From contig CBDFJF010000002.1 of assembly GCA_965248265.1 (NCBI GenBank), positions 4,000,001 through 4,064,000 on the forward strand: a stretch of 64,000 bases of DNA, in the 5' to 3' direction. Source of the DNA: Candidatus Latescibacterota bacterium. GTDB taxonomy: Bacteria; Latescibacterota; UBA2968; UBA8231. The position numbers were made by a program, and so were the translations under genes. Below are positions 39,469 to 48,556 of this stretch, piece by piece. Under the pieces are notes generated by a model that ran no database searches, was not told the DNA's origin, and saw only the letters and a list, made by a program, of their open reading frames with translations. Position 1 is the first letter of the stretch, and each line of letters opens with the position of its first letter.

Positions 39469-40808
39469 TTCGAGTGTCACCGGGCAACCGTTCGCTCGGA
39501 ATCTTCCTTCTCGTCACGATCGCGTTGGGCTTGCCGTCAGCTCACGCCCGCAAGCCTGGCCTCGCTGCCGCCGCCGCGGTGAGCGAACAGTTGCCGGCGC
39601 TGAATCGTCTCCTGCAACAGCAGGAAATCGACTCGGCCGCGGTTGGTGCACTCATTGACCGACTGGTAGACTTCGAGGAGTTCACCAAGCGAACCTTCGG
39701 CAACTACACCCGGCGATCATTGGAGGAATATGACGGCCACCTCAACAGCGACGAGCTCGAGCGGCTCATCTCGCGTCAAGAGGCACGTCTTGTGAGTCTC
39801 TTCCGCGAGCGCGTGGCGGACGACTTCGTGGATCTTGTCCACAGAGCTGGATCGATCCGACTCCAGCTCAAGGCGCCAGCGGCTAAGATGTCCTCATCAC
39901 ACGAGGCCAGCCTGAGGCTGCGCGGTAATAGACCTGATGGTAGCCCTCTCGACATCGACTTGAGCCTAGAAAAAAATGGGAAGGGATGGAGTGTTGTCGA
40001 TCTCAGCTACGACCGGGTTCGCTTCAGCAAGCGCTACGCCAAGGAGTTCCGCGATGTGTTGAAAAACGATTACTCCCTGTCGGTGCTTGCCGCACGACTC
40101 AACGTGGAGGAGTTCATTCGGCTGGAGGATTTTTCCTCAACACAAGCAGGCGCCCTGCCTGAAGGTTGGTACGTCCGAAGCCGGGACGACGACAAACCGA
40201 AGTTGTACGAAGTTCAGCAGGAGGCGGGCACGCACTATCTTGCAGCGCAAGATACCGGGCTTTCCGTCATTCTTCTGAAGATCGCGCACTGGAATCCACA
40301 CGAGTTCCCCATCCTGACCTGGTGCTGGCGCGCCGACGCCCTGCCTCCTGGCGGCAATGAGCATGTGACCGAGACCAACGACAGTGCGGCCGGAGTATAC
40401 GTGATATTTCAGGAAACCTGGGGGTTGGGACTACCGATTCAGAACAAATATGTCTGGAGCACGACTCTTCCTGAGGGCACGATCGGCCGACGTGACATGA
40501 TCGCCCGTCCCTATTTTCTCGTCGAACAGAGCGGCAGTGGATCGCTGGGGCGATGGGAATTGGAACTGGTCGATCTGATAGAGGACTACGGTCACACCTT
40601 CGGCGGCGTGCCCAAAACCAGAACGCTCGGCATAGGTGTGCTGACCGATTCGAATAACACCCACACCTACGCTGAGGCCTATTATGCCGACATAAGGGTG
40701 TGGCGGCGCGAAGCGCTGGAAACCGCATCGATTCCCGATCACTGCGCCTGTTTGCCCGTGGGGGACCTGGCTCCGCGGCTTGGAACAGAGAAGACAAGGA
40801 CAGACTGA
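39465..40808 (+). CDS. Periplasmic MlaC-like domain fused to DUF3047
   Basis: N-half: VDFEE..R..G, W.VVDL.......S..Y..EF (MlaC-like). C-half: P.L.W.WR...P...E....D.A..VYV.F, YVWS, G.W......L..DY...FG, LTDS.NT...A.A.Y.DI (DUF3047). Confidence 0.75.
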   Translation: MIRVSPGNRSLGIFLLVTIALGLPSAHARKPGLAAAAAVSEQLPALNRLLQQQEIDSAAVGALIDRLVDFEEFTKRTFGNYTRRSLEEYDGHLNSDELERLISRQEARLVSLFRERVADDFVDLVHRAGSIRLQLKAPAAKMSSSHEASLRLRGNRPDGSPLDIDLSLEKNGKGWSVVDLSYDRVRFSKRYAKEFRDVLKNDYSLSVLAARLNVEEFIRLEDFSSTQAGALPEGWYVRSRDDDKPKLYEVQQEAGTHYLAAQDTGLSVILLKIAHWNPHEFPILTWCWRADALPPGGNEHVTETNDSAAGVYVIFQETWGLGLPIQNKYVWSTTLPEGTIGRRDMIARPYFLVEQSGSGSLGRWELELVDLIEDYGHTFGGVPKTRTLGIGVLTDSNNTHTYAEAYYADIRVWRREALETASIPDHCACLPVGDLAPRLGTEKTRTD

Positions 40809-41458
40809 TGAACCGAAGCAACAAACTCGTCACCTGGACCATCAGCGTCCTGATCGCATGGACGTCCGCTTCGTCTATGGTTGCGGCCGAAACGGTGTCG
40901 GCGGAGGGATCCGGGGACGCAACCCATGCTCCCGGCGCCATCGCCTTTCTGCGGGCGCACGACGCCGGGGTGCGGGCGGTACTCGAACGCGGCGGGGATT
41001 CGCTGTCCGCGACTGCCCGCCAGGAGGTCCGCGAAAAGATCGACGAGGCCTTCGACTTCGAAGAGCTCAGCCGGTTGTCGCTGGGCGACCACTGGGATCA
41101 ACGCTCGGCCGCCGAGCGTTCCGAATTCGTGACCGTTTTCAGCGGAATCATCTCGGAGAAGAACTTCGACAGCTTCGTCGACTACTACCGCGACGGCGAC
41201 ATCATCTACGACAGCGAGGAGATCGATCCCCCAAGAGCCTCCGTCTTTGCGACCGTACCGCTGGAAAACGAGACCGTGGGCATCACCTACAGACTACTTC
41301 GCCACGACCAATCGTGGCGCGTCTACGACCTCGTCATCGACGATGTCAGCACCGCAGACTCCAATCGCAGACAATACGCCCGCTACATCGAGAAACACTC
41401 CTTCGAGAAACTCATGGGACGCCTGAAGAAGCAATTGGCGAAACTCGAGAACCGCTGA
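40808..41458 (+). CDS. MlaC/Ttg2D-family periplasmic lipid-binding protein
   Basis: FDFEELSRLSLG.HW..S..ER.EFV..F, ITYRL......WRVYDLVIDDVS. Confidence 0.9.
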   Translation: MNRSNKLVTWTISVLIAWTSASSMVAAETVSAEGSGDATHAPGAIAFLRAHDAGVRAVLERGGDSLSATARQEVREKIDEAFDFEELSRLSLGDHWDQRSAAERSEFVTVFSGIISEKNFDSFVDYYRDGDIIYDSEEIDPPRASVFATVPLENETVGITYRLLRHDQSWRVYDLVIDDVSTADSNRRQYARYIEKHSFEKLMGRLKKQLAKLENR

Positions 41459-41470
41459 CAGCGACGCCCT

Positions 41471-43924
41471 ATGCGGATCAACTACGAGCGGATCGTCCAC
41501 TACGTCTACCATCACCACATCAGCATCATCGTCGTCGCGACGCTGATCTCGGTGGGACTTGGATATTTCGCCGCACAGCTCAGGATCAAGGCGGACACGG
41601 CCGATCTGTTGCCCGATGACTACGTCAGTGTGCGCGAGCTCAGCCGCATCAAGGAGCGCGTCGGTGGCACCTCTCCGCTGATGGTCATCGTCACGGCGGA
41701 GGATCTCAATGATGCGGTCGAGGCCATGCATGCGCTTGCCGACTCGTTGGAGGGGAGCCGCCTGGTCAGCTCCGTCATCCGCCAGAGAAACTTCGAATTC
41801 CTGAGCCATAATCGCCTGTTGTTCATGGACACGGCGGACCTGCAGGAGGTGCACGACCGGGTCGAAGACCACATCGAACTCGAGAAACTGAAGCGTTCGC
41901 CCCTCTACTTCTCCCTCGATGACGAGGAGGAGGACGGACTCGCCTTCGATGACATCGAAGACAAATACAGCAGCCTGGAGAAAACTGGGCTGGAGCGGGA
42001 CTACTTCCTTACCGACGAGAAGAACGGGGTGATCCTGCGGGTGTACCCGGCTGGCGTCATCACGGATCGAACCTTTACCAAACAGCTGTTCGCCCTGCTC
42101 AACGCCGAAATCGCTAAGGTGTCGGCAGCGCCATCGGTCGAATTCAATCCGGTTGGGAGTTTCAAGAACGCCTCGAACCAGTACAAGGTCGTCGTCGACG
42201 ACCTAAAATCGACGGCCCTCTACGCGTTTATCGGGGTCCTGATCCTGATCTCCCTGCATTTCCGCCAGTTGCTGTCTCCATTCTTCGTCATTCTGCCGCT
42301 ACTGATGAGCCTGTCGTGGACGTTTGGACTCACCAAGCTCGTGATCGGCAACCTCAATCAGATCACCGTGTGCCTGTTCGCCATCCTGTTCGGCCTAGGC
42401 ATCGATTTCGGCATCCACATATTTGCCCGCTACCGCGAGGCCCGGCGACGCGGCAAGAGCACGGAGGATGCGCTGGTCGAAACGGTGTGCCATACCGGTA
42501 GTGCCCTGACGACGACGGCGGTGACCACGGCCGTGGCCTTCTTCTCGTTGTTGTTCTCCGACTTCAAGGGCTTTTCTGAATTCGGTTTCATCGTCGGCAT
42601 GGGTATCCTGTTTTCCCTGGTAGCCATGCTCGTCGTCTGTCCGGCCTTTATCGTGCTCGCGGAGCGCTTTCACGTGATTCGGCTGCAGCAGAGAAGCGTG
42701 CCCGAGCACCTGTTGCGCCGGGGACGCTATCCACTGCCCGCCCTGACCCTCGCCCTTGGATTGCTGGCCACGGGTTACTCCGTCTACCACTTTGGCAGCT
42801 GGAAGGATGGTCAGTTCGTCAGCGATCTGGGATTCGAATACGACTTCAAGAAGCTGCGACCGAAGATTCCCAACACAGGTCCCCAGGCCAGTATTCCCAA
42901 GGAGCTCAAGGAATCCCGCTCCCCCGCCATCGTGCTGACCGAGAGCCGCCAGGAGGCCGAGGAGGTAGTAGCGACGGTACGAGCGAAGATGCAGGCCAGG
43001 GGCGATTCATCGACCATCCAGTCCGTGAAGAGTGTCTATTCGGCGTTGCCCGCCGAACAGGAACGCAAGCTGGGTCTCATCGCCGGCATCAGGACACTCA
43101 TCGACGACAATGAAGACCTGCTCTCGGACGATGACCGCGCGCGCGCCGACTCACTGCGCCAGTACTTGGATGTGCGCGAGCTGCAGCTGGAAGATCTTCC
43201 CGTGGAACTGACGAAGACCTTCTCCAGCAAGGAAGGCGACATCCTGAACTTCGTCATGATCAACGCTTCGGTCGCCCTGCGGGACGGGCGCAATGCCATT
43301 CGCTTCGCCGAAGAGGTTCAGACGATTGTGACCCCGTCCGGCGGCACCTTCCACGCCTCCAGTTCTCACATCATCTTCGCCGAGATGCTCGTACTCATGC
43401 TGGATGATTCGGTCAAAGCCGTGATCCTGACCCTCCTCGTCGTCTCGATCGTGCTCATGATCGACCTGCGCAGCGCTTCGGGAACCCTGCTGGTGCTCGT
43501 TCCATTGCTGTCCGCGGTTTCTTTGGTCGTCGGCATTATGTACATCTTCGAATTCAAGATAAATATCTACAACATGGTCGCCTTCCCAACCATCATCGGC
43601 ATGGGCATCGACAATGCCGTGCACGTCTATCACCGGTACCGTGAAGCCGGACCCGGATCGATGCGGCTGGTGCTGCGCACGACCGGCCTGGCGCTGGTGG
43701 CGACGACGTTGACGACGATGGTCGGTTTCGCGGGATTGGTGCCGGCATCACACCCGGCGCTGTACTGGATAGGCATCGTTTCGTTGATCGGGCTGGCTTG
43801 TTGCTTCGTCACCGCCGTCACCCTGCTGCCCGCGTTGCTGCAGATCATCGAATGGATCCGTGGCGATCAGGACCAGTCGCCGGCTCCGGCTCCGGCTCCA
43901 ATAAGAAAGCCGACTGAGCCTTAA
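41471..43924 (+). CDS. MMPL-family RND transporter (HpnN-like)
   Basis: Two MMPL repeats, GLGIDFGIH..RYRE and GMGIDNAVH..RYRE, ~12 TM helices. Confidence 0.92.
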   Translation: MRINYERIVHYVYHHHISIIVVATLISVGLGYFAAQLRIKADTADLLPDDYVSVRELSRIKERVGGTSPLMVIVTAEDLNDAVEAMHALADSLEGSRLVSSVIRQRNFEFLSHNRLLFMDTADLQEVHDRVEDHIELEKLKRSPLYFSLDDEEEDGLAFDDIEDKYSSLEKTGLERDYFLTDEKNGVILRVYPAGVITDRTFTKQLFALLNAEIAKVSAAPSVEFNPVGSFKNASNQYKVVVDDLKSTALYAFIGVLILISLHFRQLLSPFFVILPLLMSLSWTFGLTKLVIGNLNQITVCLFAILFGLGIDFGIHIFARYREARRRGKSTEDALVETVCHTGSALTTTAVTTAVAFFSLLFSDFKGFSEFGFIVGMGILFSLVAMLVVCPAFIVLAERFHVIRLQQRSVPEHLLRRGRYPLPALTLALGLLATGYSVYHFGSWKDGQFVSDLGFEYDFKKLRPKIPNTGPQASIPKELKESRSPAIVLTESRQEAEEVVATVRAKMQARGDSSTIQSVKSVYSALPAEQERKLGLIAGIRTLIDDNEDLLSDDDRARADSLRQYLDVRELQLEDLPVELTKTFSSKEGDILNFVMINASVALRDGRNAIRFAEEVQTIVTPSGGTFHASSSHIIFAEMLVLMLDDSVKAVILTLLVVSIVLMIDLRSASGTLLVLVPLLSAVSLVVGIMYIFEFKINIYNMVAFPTIIGMGIDNAVHVYHRYREAGPGSMRLVLRTTGLALVATTLTTMVGFAGLVPASHPALYWIGIVSLIGLACCFVTAVTLLPALLQIIEWIRGDQDQSPAPAPAPIRKPTEP

Positions 43925-44006
43925 AAGAAATCCGCGCAGTTGCGGTTCCTATTGGGGCTCGATCGGCTCGAATTCGGTGGACGAGTCCGGAGCAACGTCC
44001 ACTATT

Positions 44007-44082
44007 TGGAGCGGGAGACCGGACTCGAACCGGCGACAACCACGTTGGCAACGTGGAGCTCTACCAACTGAGCTACTCCCGC
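44007..44082 (-). tRNA. tRNA-Gly (GCC)
   Basis: GCGGGAGTAGCTCAGTTGGTAGAGCTCCACGTTGCCAACGTGGTTGTCGCCGGTTCGAGTCCGGTCTCCCGCTCCA; 76 nt, cloverleaf, encoded CCA. Confidence 0.98.
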
Positions 44083-44147
44083 GTTAGCACCAGATTTCGA
44101 CTTTAACACTAGATTTCGGCACAAAAACTGAGGAGAGGAATATAGCC

Positions 44148-47100
44148 GTGACCTCAATAACGGTCAAGAAAACCGCGACGGAGTTCACCCATCGCCGTCA
44201 ACGTCTCTGCATCCTGCCCGTCCTCGCCTTGGGTTGGTTGTGGTCCTGTGGTGGTGACTCTGGTCCCTCCGCGGAATCGTTGCGCGCGCGCTGGTACAAC
44301 AATCAGGGCGTCGTCTACATGGACCAGCACAATTATACCAAGGGATTCGAGCAATTCTCAACTTCGGTGACACTGGATGACCATTACGCCACCGGCTTCG
44401 CCAACCTGGGGATCGCCTATTACAGCCTGGGCAAGTACGATAGCGCAGCGGTGTCACTGCAGAGGGCGCTTCAGCTGGACTCCGACAACTTGCACGCGCT
44501 CTACACCTCCGGCCTGATCTACCACGCTCAAGGAAGGGAGGAGGGCTACCCCAAAGCCCTCGACGCCTTCCAGCGGGTTGCTGCGGCCGATGAAGATGAT
44601 CCCCTGGTGCGATATTACCTCGGCCGCACGCTGGCGAAACTGGGACGACACGAAGAGGCCGTCACCGAATTCCGTCACGCCATAGACCTCGACCCGTATA
44701 ACGTCTCCGCCTATTACAATCTCTCAAACCAGCTGCGCACGCTCAAACGAATGGACGAATGGAAAACGACACTGGAGAGATTCAATGAACTCAGCCGCAG
44801 TGGGCATGAAGGGGTAAGCGCGTCGTATCAGGGACAAGGTCCTTACGGGGAGGCCTTGATCGATGACAGCGTCGGCTCGCGCCGTGATCCACCGCGGCCA
44901 CTTGCCTTCGTCTCTACTCGGTTAGAACTCGAGGCGGGAGGTGGTGGCATCGACGTGATCGCGGGCGTCGACGTGGATGCGGATGGACTTAGCGACCTGC
45001 TCATCGGCGACCGCGACGGCTCGCTGCAGCTGTTCGGCAACAACGATGGGCAAGCCTTCTTCCCCTCCACTGATTGGGACCTGCCACCGGCCGCTCAGCT
45101 GGGACGATTGCACGACCTGGTCACCGGCGACTGCGACGATGATGGGGACGACGACCTCATACTCGGCGGTGAAATGCAGACGGCGCTGGCACAACGCCAG
45201 GAGACTGGATTCTCTTCCCCCGCGCTCACGACCGTGTCCGGCGCGTCAACCCGCTCTGTATTCGGAGACACGGACCACGACGGCGACCTCGACCTGCTGC
45301 TGATGAGCGACAGCGGCAAAAAGCTATTCCTCAATGACGGCACGTGTACGTTTGCCGACCACACCGACGCCTCGGGGTTGACCGCAACGCCGGGCTCAGA
45401 AGCCATTTTGGCCGACTTCGACAACGATCGCGATGTCGACTTCCTCACCCTCGGCGGCGCACGTGCCCAAGGAAGAGCCATCGAACTCTACACCAACAAT
45501 CGCGACGGCACCTTTTCCGAGGTGGCCGGCCGGCAGAACCTCGATCTGCCCGGAGCAACCGACCTCGCAGTCGGCGACTTCAACGCCGATACCTTCATGG
45601 ACGTCGTGACGGTCAATGGCAATGAGGCGCCGACATTATTCGCCAATCAGCGCGGGCGATCGTTCGCGCCCCGGGAGATCGCGGCGAAAGCTCCGGACTT
45701 CCAGGGCGTAAGGGCCGCCGACGTCGACAACGATGGTGACCTCGACCTTGTCGTCTTCGGTAGCACAGGCCTGCGCATTCTATCTCACGTCGGAGAGGAT
45801 TTCGTCGACGACATGGAGACGCTTGCTGACAGCGGCCCGGTCGAGCACCTGCTGGTACGCGATTTCGACGCGGATGGCCGTATCGACCTGTTGATTGGTA
45901 CTGGCGAATCCGTCACCGTCCACCACAACCGGACTGAGGGTGGCCACTGGGTCGCGGTGGCGCTGCAGGGACTCAACAGCAACCCGAACGGCTTCGGAAC
46001 CAAGGTGGAAGTGAAAACGGCCCATGGGCGCCAGAAGCGGGAACTGCGAGGCGGCAGCCGCGACGCCGGGATGCTGACCTTTGGACTGGCCGAGTCCGAT
46101 TCCGTCGAATTTGTCCGCATTCTCTGGCCCAGCGGCGTGCGTCAGACCGAGTTGGCCACCGGCGGCGGGCAGCTCCTCAGCCTCACCGAGCTGAACCGAA
46201 AAGGGACCTCCTGTCCCATCTTGTACGCATGGGATGGCACACAATTCCGTTTCGTCAGCGATTTTCTGGGCGGCGGCATCATCGGTTACCTGTTGGCGCC
46301 GGGAGAATTCTACACCCCCGACCACGATGAGTACCTTCCGGTCGGCCCGATCGCCCCGCGTCGCGGCAGGTACACATTTCAAGTGGCCAACCAACTGGAG
46401 GAAATCATCTACCTGGATGCGGCTGCCCTGGTAGCTGTCGATCATCCCCCCGGATTGTCCATCTTCGCCAACGAGCGTTTGCTGTCAGAGCCACCCTACC
46501 CGGACTTCGGTGTGTTCGCCGTCGACGCGCTGCATGCGCCGCGCCGCGCCCAAGACGATCGTGGCCGCGACATCACCCGGCAGCTGCTCGAGGTAGACGA
46601 CGACTGGTATGATGACTTCGCTCTGACACCCATTCACGGTTACGCCGAGCCTTATAGCCTGGTGCTGGATATGGGAGATCTCAGCGCCGTGGCTGCTCCC
46701 GTCCTGATCGCCAACGGCTGGGTCGATTACGCCCACTCGTCCTCCAACTGGGCGGCCGCTCAGCAGGGCTTGCAGCTGTCACCACCGCGTCTGGAAGTCG
46801 GCGATGGCAACGGCGGATGGCGCCTGGTAGCGGCCGACATGGGCACCCCCGCAGGCTTGCCGAAGTACATGACCTTCGACCTCGAGGACCAGTTCACGCC
46901 TGGAGACTACCGTTTGCGGATCTCCACCAATGCGGCCATCTACTGGGATCAGATCGCCGTGGGCTCAACCACGCAGACGGAGCAGATGGAAATTCACCGT
47001 CGCTCCTTCGACGCTGCCGACCTGCATTGGCGCGGATACCCCGAGCACACGCCAATCAAGGGTACCTTCGCCTTCCTCTACCACTATGATCGTCTGAACC

Positions 47101-47465
47101 CCTACACCGATTGGGGAACCCACGGCGGGGCGTTCACCCGCTTCGGAGACGTCGGTCAGTTGCTGGGTGAAGTGGACGACCGCTTCGTCATCATGTTCCA
47201 CGGTGACGAATTGACGCTGGAAGTCCCGGAGGCCGACTTCCCGGCACCGGCTCCTGGCGCTGATCGCAGCTTCCTACTCTATGCCGACGGCTTCGGCAAG
47301 GACATGGATTACCATTCGGCCCACTCGCTTACTGTTGGTCCGCTTCCCTATCACGGGATGTCCGGCTACCCGTACCCTGAAACGGAGGCCTATCCCGGCG
47401 ATGCCGGGCATGAAGCCTATCGACTGGAGTACAACACTCGGCGGATCAGGGGGTACTACGAGTAA
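44148..47465 (+). CDS. Lipoprotein with TPR + FG-GAP/VCBS propeller + ASPIC/UnbV (CRTAC1-like) + C-terminal domain
   Basis: Lipobox-like LWSC, TPR helices, many DxDxDGDxD repeats, N..GFGTKVEV..FGL...V....WPSG. Confidence 0.85.
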   Translation: MTSITVKKTATEFTHRRQRLCILPVLALGWLWSCGGDSGPSAESLRARWYNNQGVVYMDQHNYTKGFEQFSTSVTLDDHYATGFANLGIAYYSLGKYDSAAVSLQRALQLDSDNLHALYTSGLIYHAQGREEGYPKALDAFQRVAAADEDDPLVRYYLGRTLAKLGRHEEAVTEFRHAIDLDPYNVSAYYNLSNQLRTLKRMDEWKTTLERFNELSRSGHEGVSASYQGQGPYGEALIDDSVGSRRDPPRPLAFVSTRLELEAGGGGIDVIAGVDVDADGLSDLLIGDRDGSLQLFGNNDGQAFFPSTDWDLPPAAQLGRLHDLVTGDCDDDGDDDLILGGEMQTALAQRQETGFSSPALTTVSGASTRSVFGDTDHDGDLDLLLMSDSGKKLFLNDGTCTFADHTDASGLTATPGSEAILADFDNDRDVDFLTLGGARAQGRAIELYTNNRDGTFSEVAGRQNLDLPGATDLAVGDFNADTFMDVVTVNGNEAPTLFANQRGRSFAPREIAAKAPDFQGVRAADVDNDGDLDLVVFGSTGLRILSHVGEDFVDDMETLADSGPVEHLLVRDFDADGRIDLLIGTGESVTVHHNRTEGGHWVAVALQGLNSNPNGFGTKVEVKTAHGRQKRELRGGSRDAGMLTFGLAESDSVEFVRILWPSGVRQTELATGGGQLLSLTELNRKGTSCPILYAWDGTQFRFVSDFLGGGIIGYLLAPGEFYTPDHDEYLPVGPIAPRRGRYTFQVANQLEEIIYLDAAALVAVDHPPGLSIFANERLLSEPPYPDFGVFAVDALHAPRRAQDDRGRDITRQLLEVDDDWYDDFALTPIHGYAEPYSLVLDMGDLSAVAAPVLIANGWVDYAHSSSNWAAAQQGLQLSPPRLEVGDGNGGWRLVAADMGTPAGLPKYMTFDLEDQFTPGDYRLRISTNAAIYWDQIAVGSTTQTEQMEIHRRSFDAADLHWRGYPEHTPIKGTFAFLYHYDRLNPYTDWGTHGGAFTRFGDVGQLLGEVDDRFVIMFHGDELTLEVPEADFPAPAPGADRSFLLYADGFGKDMDYHSAHSLTVGPLPYHGMSGYPYPETEAYPGDAGHEAYRLEYNTRRIRGYYE

Positions 47466-47475
47466 GAAGACTGAA

Positions 47476-48414
47476 TCAGTCTTCCGGAGTCATGGCACAG
47501 CGGAAACCGAGGTAGTCATTGGAGGCCTGCGGCATGGCGAAATGCCGGCTCTTGCCGCGGATCCCCATGCGGTTCTCGTGGAATGCGCCGCCTCGAAAAA
47601 CGCGCTGGAACCCAGCGCTGGGACCCGGGGGATCTTCATCCGGACTGACGTTGTAGTAGTCCTTATCGAACCAGTCACTGACCCACTCACCAACATTGCC
47701 GCACATGTCCCAGACCCCGAGCCCGCTCTTGCCGCGGTCGAAGCGGGTGACCTCCGTCGTCTTGCTGTCGGGGTTGTCGTAGTTGGCGCAATCGGCGTTC
47801 GCAGACTTGCCCCAGGGATACTCGTCCCGGCCGTCCACGAGGCAGGCACGCTCCCATTCCGCTTCCGTCGGCAAACGTTTACCAGTCCATCCAGCGTATG
47901 CGTTGGCATCTTCCCACGACACGTTGACGATCGGATGGTTGGCCTTGCGTGCATCCGGAAAGGTGCGATTACGCCAGTGCGGGGGCGCCCGGTGACCGGT
48001 CACTTCGATGAACTCCTTGTATTGTAGATTGGTGACTTCGTACTTGTCGATGAAGAACCTGGAGATCGTGACCAGATGTTCCGGGTTTTCTTCCTCTCTG
48101 CCGGGAGTGTTTGTGCCGATGCGGCATTTTGCGGCGGGAATTTCAATCATCTCCACCGGATTCAAGCGCGCCTGCAGTTCGATCCGGTTTTCTTCGAGCC
48201 GATCGAGCTCCCGTCTCATTTGATCGATGGTGGAGCGAACGGAACCCAGATTGCTCTCTGACTCGACGATCTGCGCGTTCATCTGCTCCTTGCGACTGGA
48301 AACTTCGGTCGCCGACGGCATCAGGAGAGTCAGCTTCTTACGGTAGTCGACGAATATCTGGATGAACAACACGGCGACGATGAGAATACCGAGTGCGACG
48401 GTCCAATCAGCCAT
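47476..48414 (-). CDS. TM + coiled coil + FGE-sulfatase (SUMF1-like) domain protein
   Basis: E.P.H.V, YEVTN, P.VNVSW.DA, KRLPTEAEWE, DMCGNV.EW, RGG, GFRC. Confidence 0.9.
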   Translation of the reverse strand: MADWTVALGILIVAVLFIQIFVDYRKKLTLLMPSATEVSSRKEQMNAQIVESESNLGSVRSTIDQMRRELDRLEENRIELQARLNPVEMIEIPAAKCRIGTNTPGREEENPEHLVTISRFFIDKYEVTNLQYKEFIEVTGHRAPPHWRNRTFPDARKANHPIVNVSWEDANAYAGWTGKRLPTEAEWERACLVDGRDEYPWGKSANADCANYDNPDSKTTEVTRFDRGKSGLGVWDMCGNVGEWVSDWFDKDYYNVSPDEDPPGPSAGFQRVFRGGAFHENRMGIRGKSRHFAMPQASNDYLGFRCAMTPED

Positions 48415-48468
48415 GGGAACTAGGCTCCTCTATTCTGTACAGACGCATGTTCGACCCTCCGACATTCG

Positions 48469-48497
48469 TTGACTTCCATGCGACGGAGCGGGATATT
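48469..48497 (+). promoter_or_regulatory. Possible sigma70 promoter of the PBP1A gene
   Basis: TTGACT-N17-GATATT. Confidence 0.4.
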
Positions 48498-48556
48498 CGG
48501 GTCATGTAGCCCTCCCCTTCCCTGTGCAGCATCCACAACTGCCTGCTTGTAAGCCG

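Noticed and set aside
43880-43900. CCGGCT hexamer repeat at the MMPL 3' end
   Set aside because: Short Pro-Ala low-complexity tail; in frame, so not a phase-variation tract.
34320-44082. Genomic island integrated at the tRNA-Gly 3' end
   Set aside because: The locus abuts the tRNA 3' end, but I found no integrase, no duplicated tRNA 3' att site and no obvious GC shift.
47476-48414. FGE-sulfatase protein as a diversity-generating retroelement target
   Set aside because: No reverse transcriptase and no template-repeat copy of its 3' region seen in the window.
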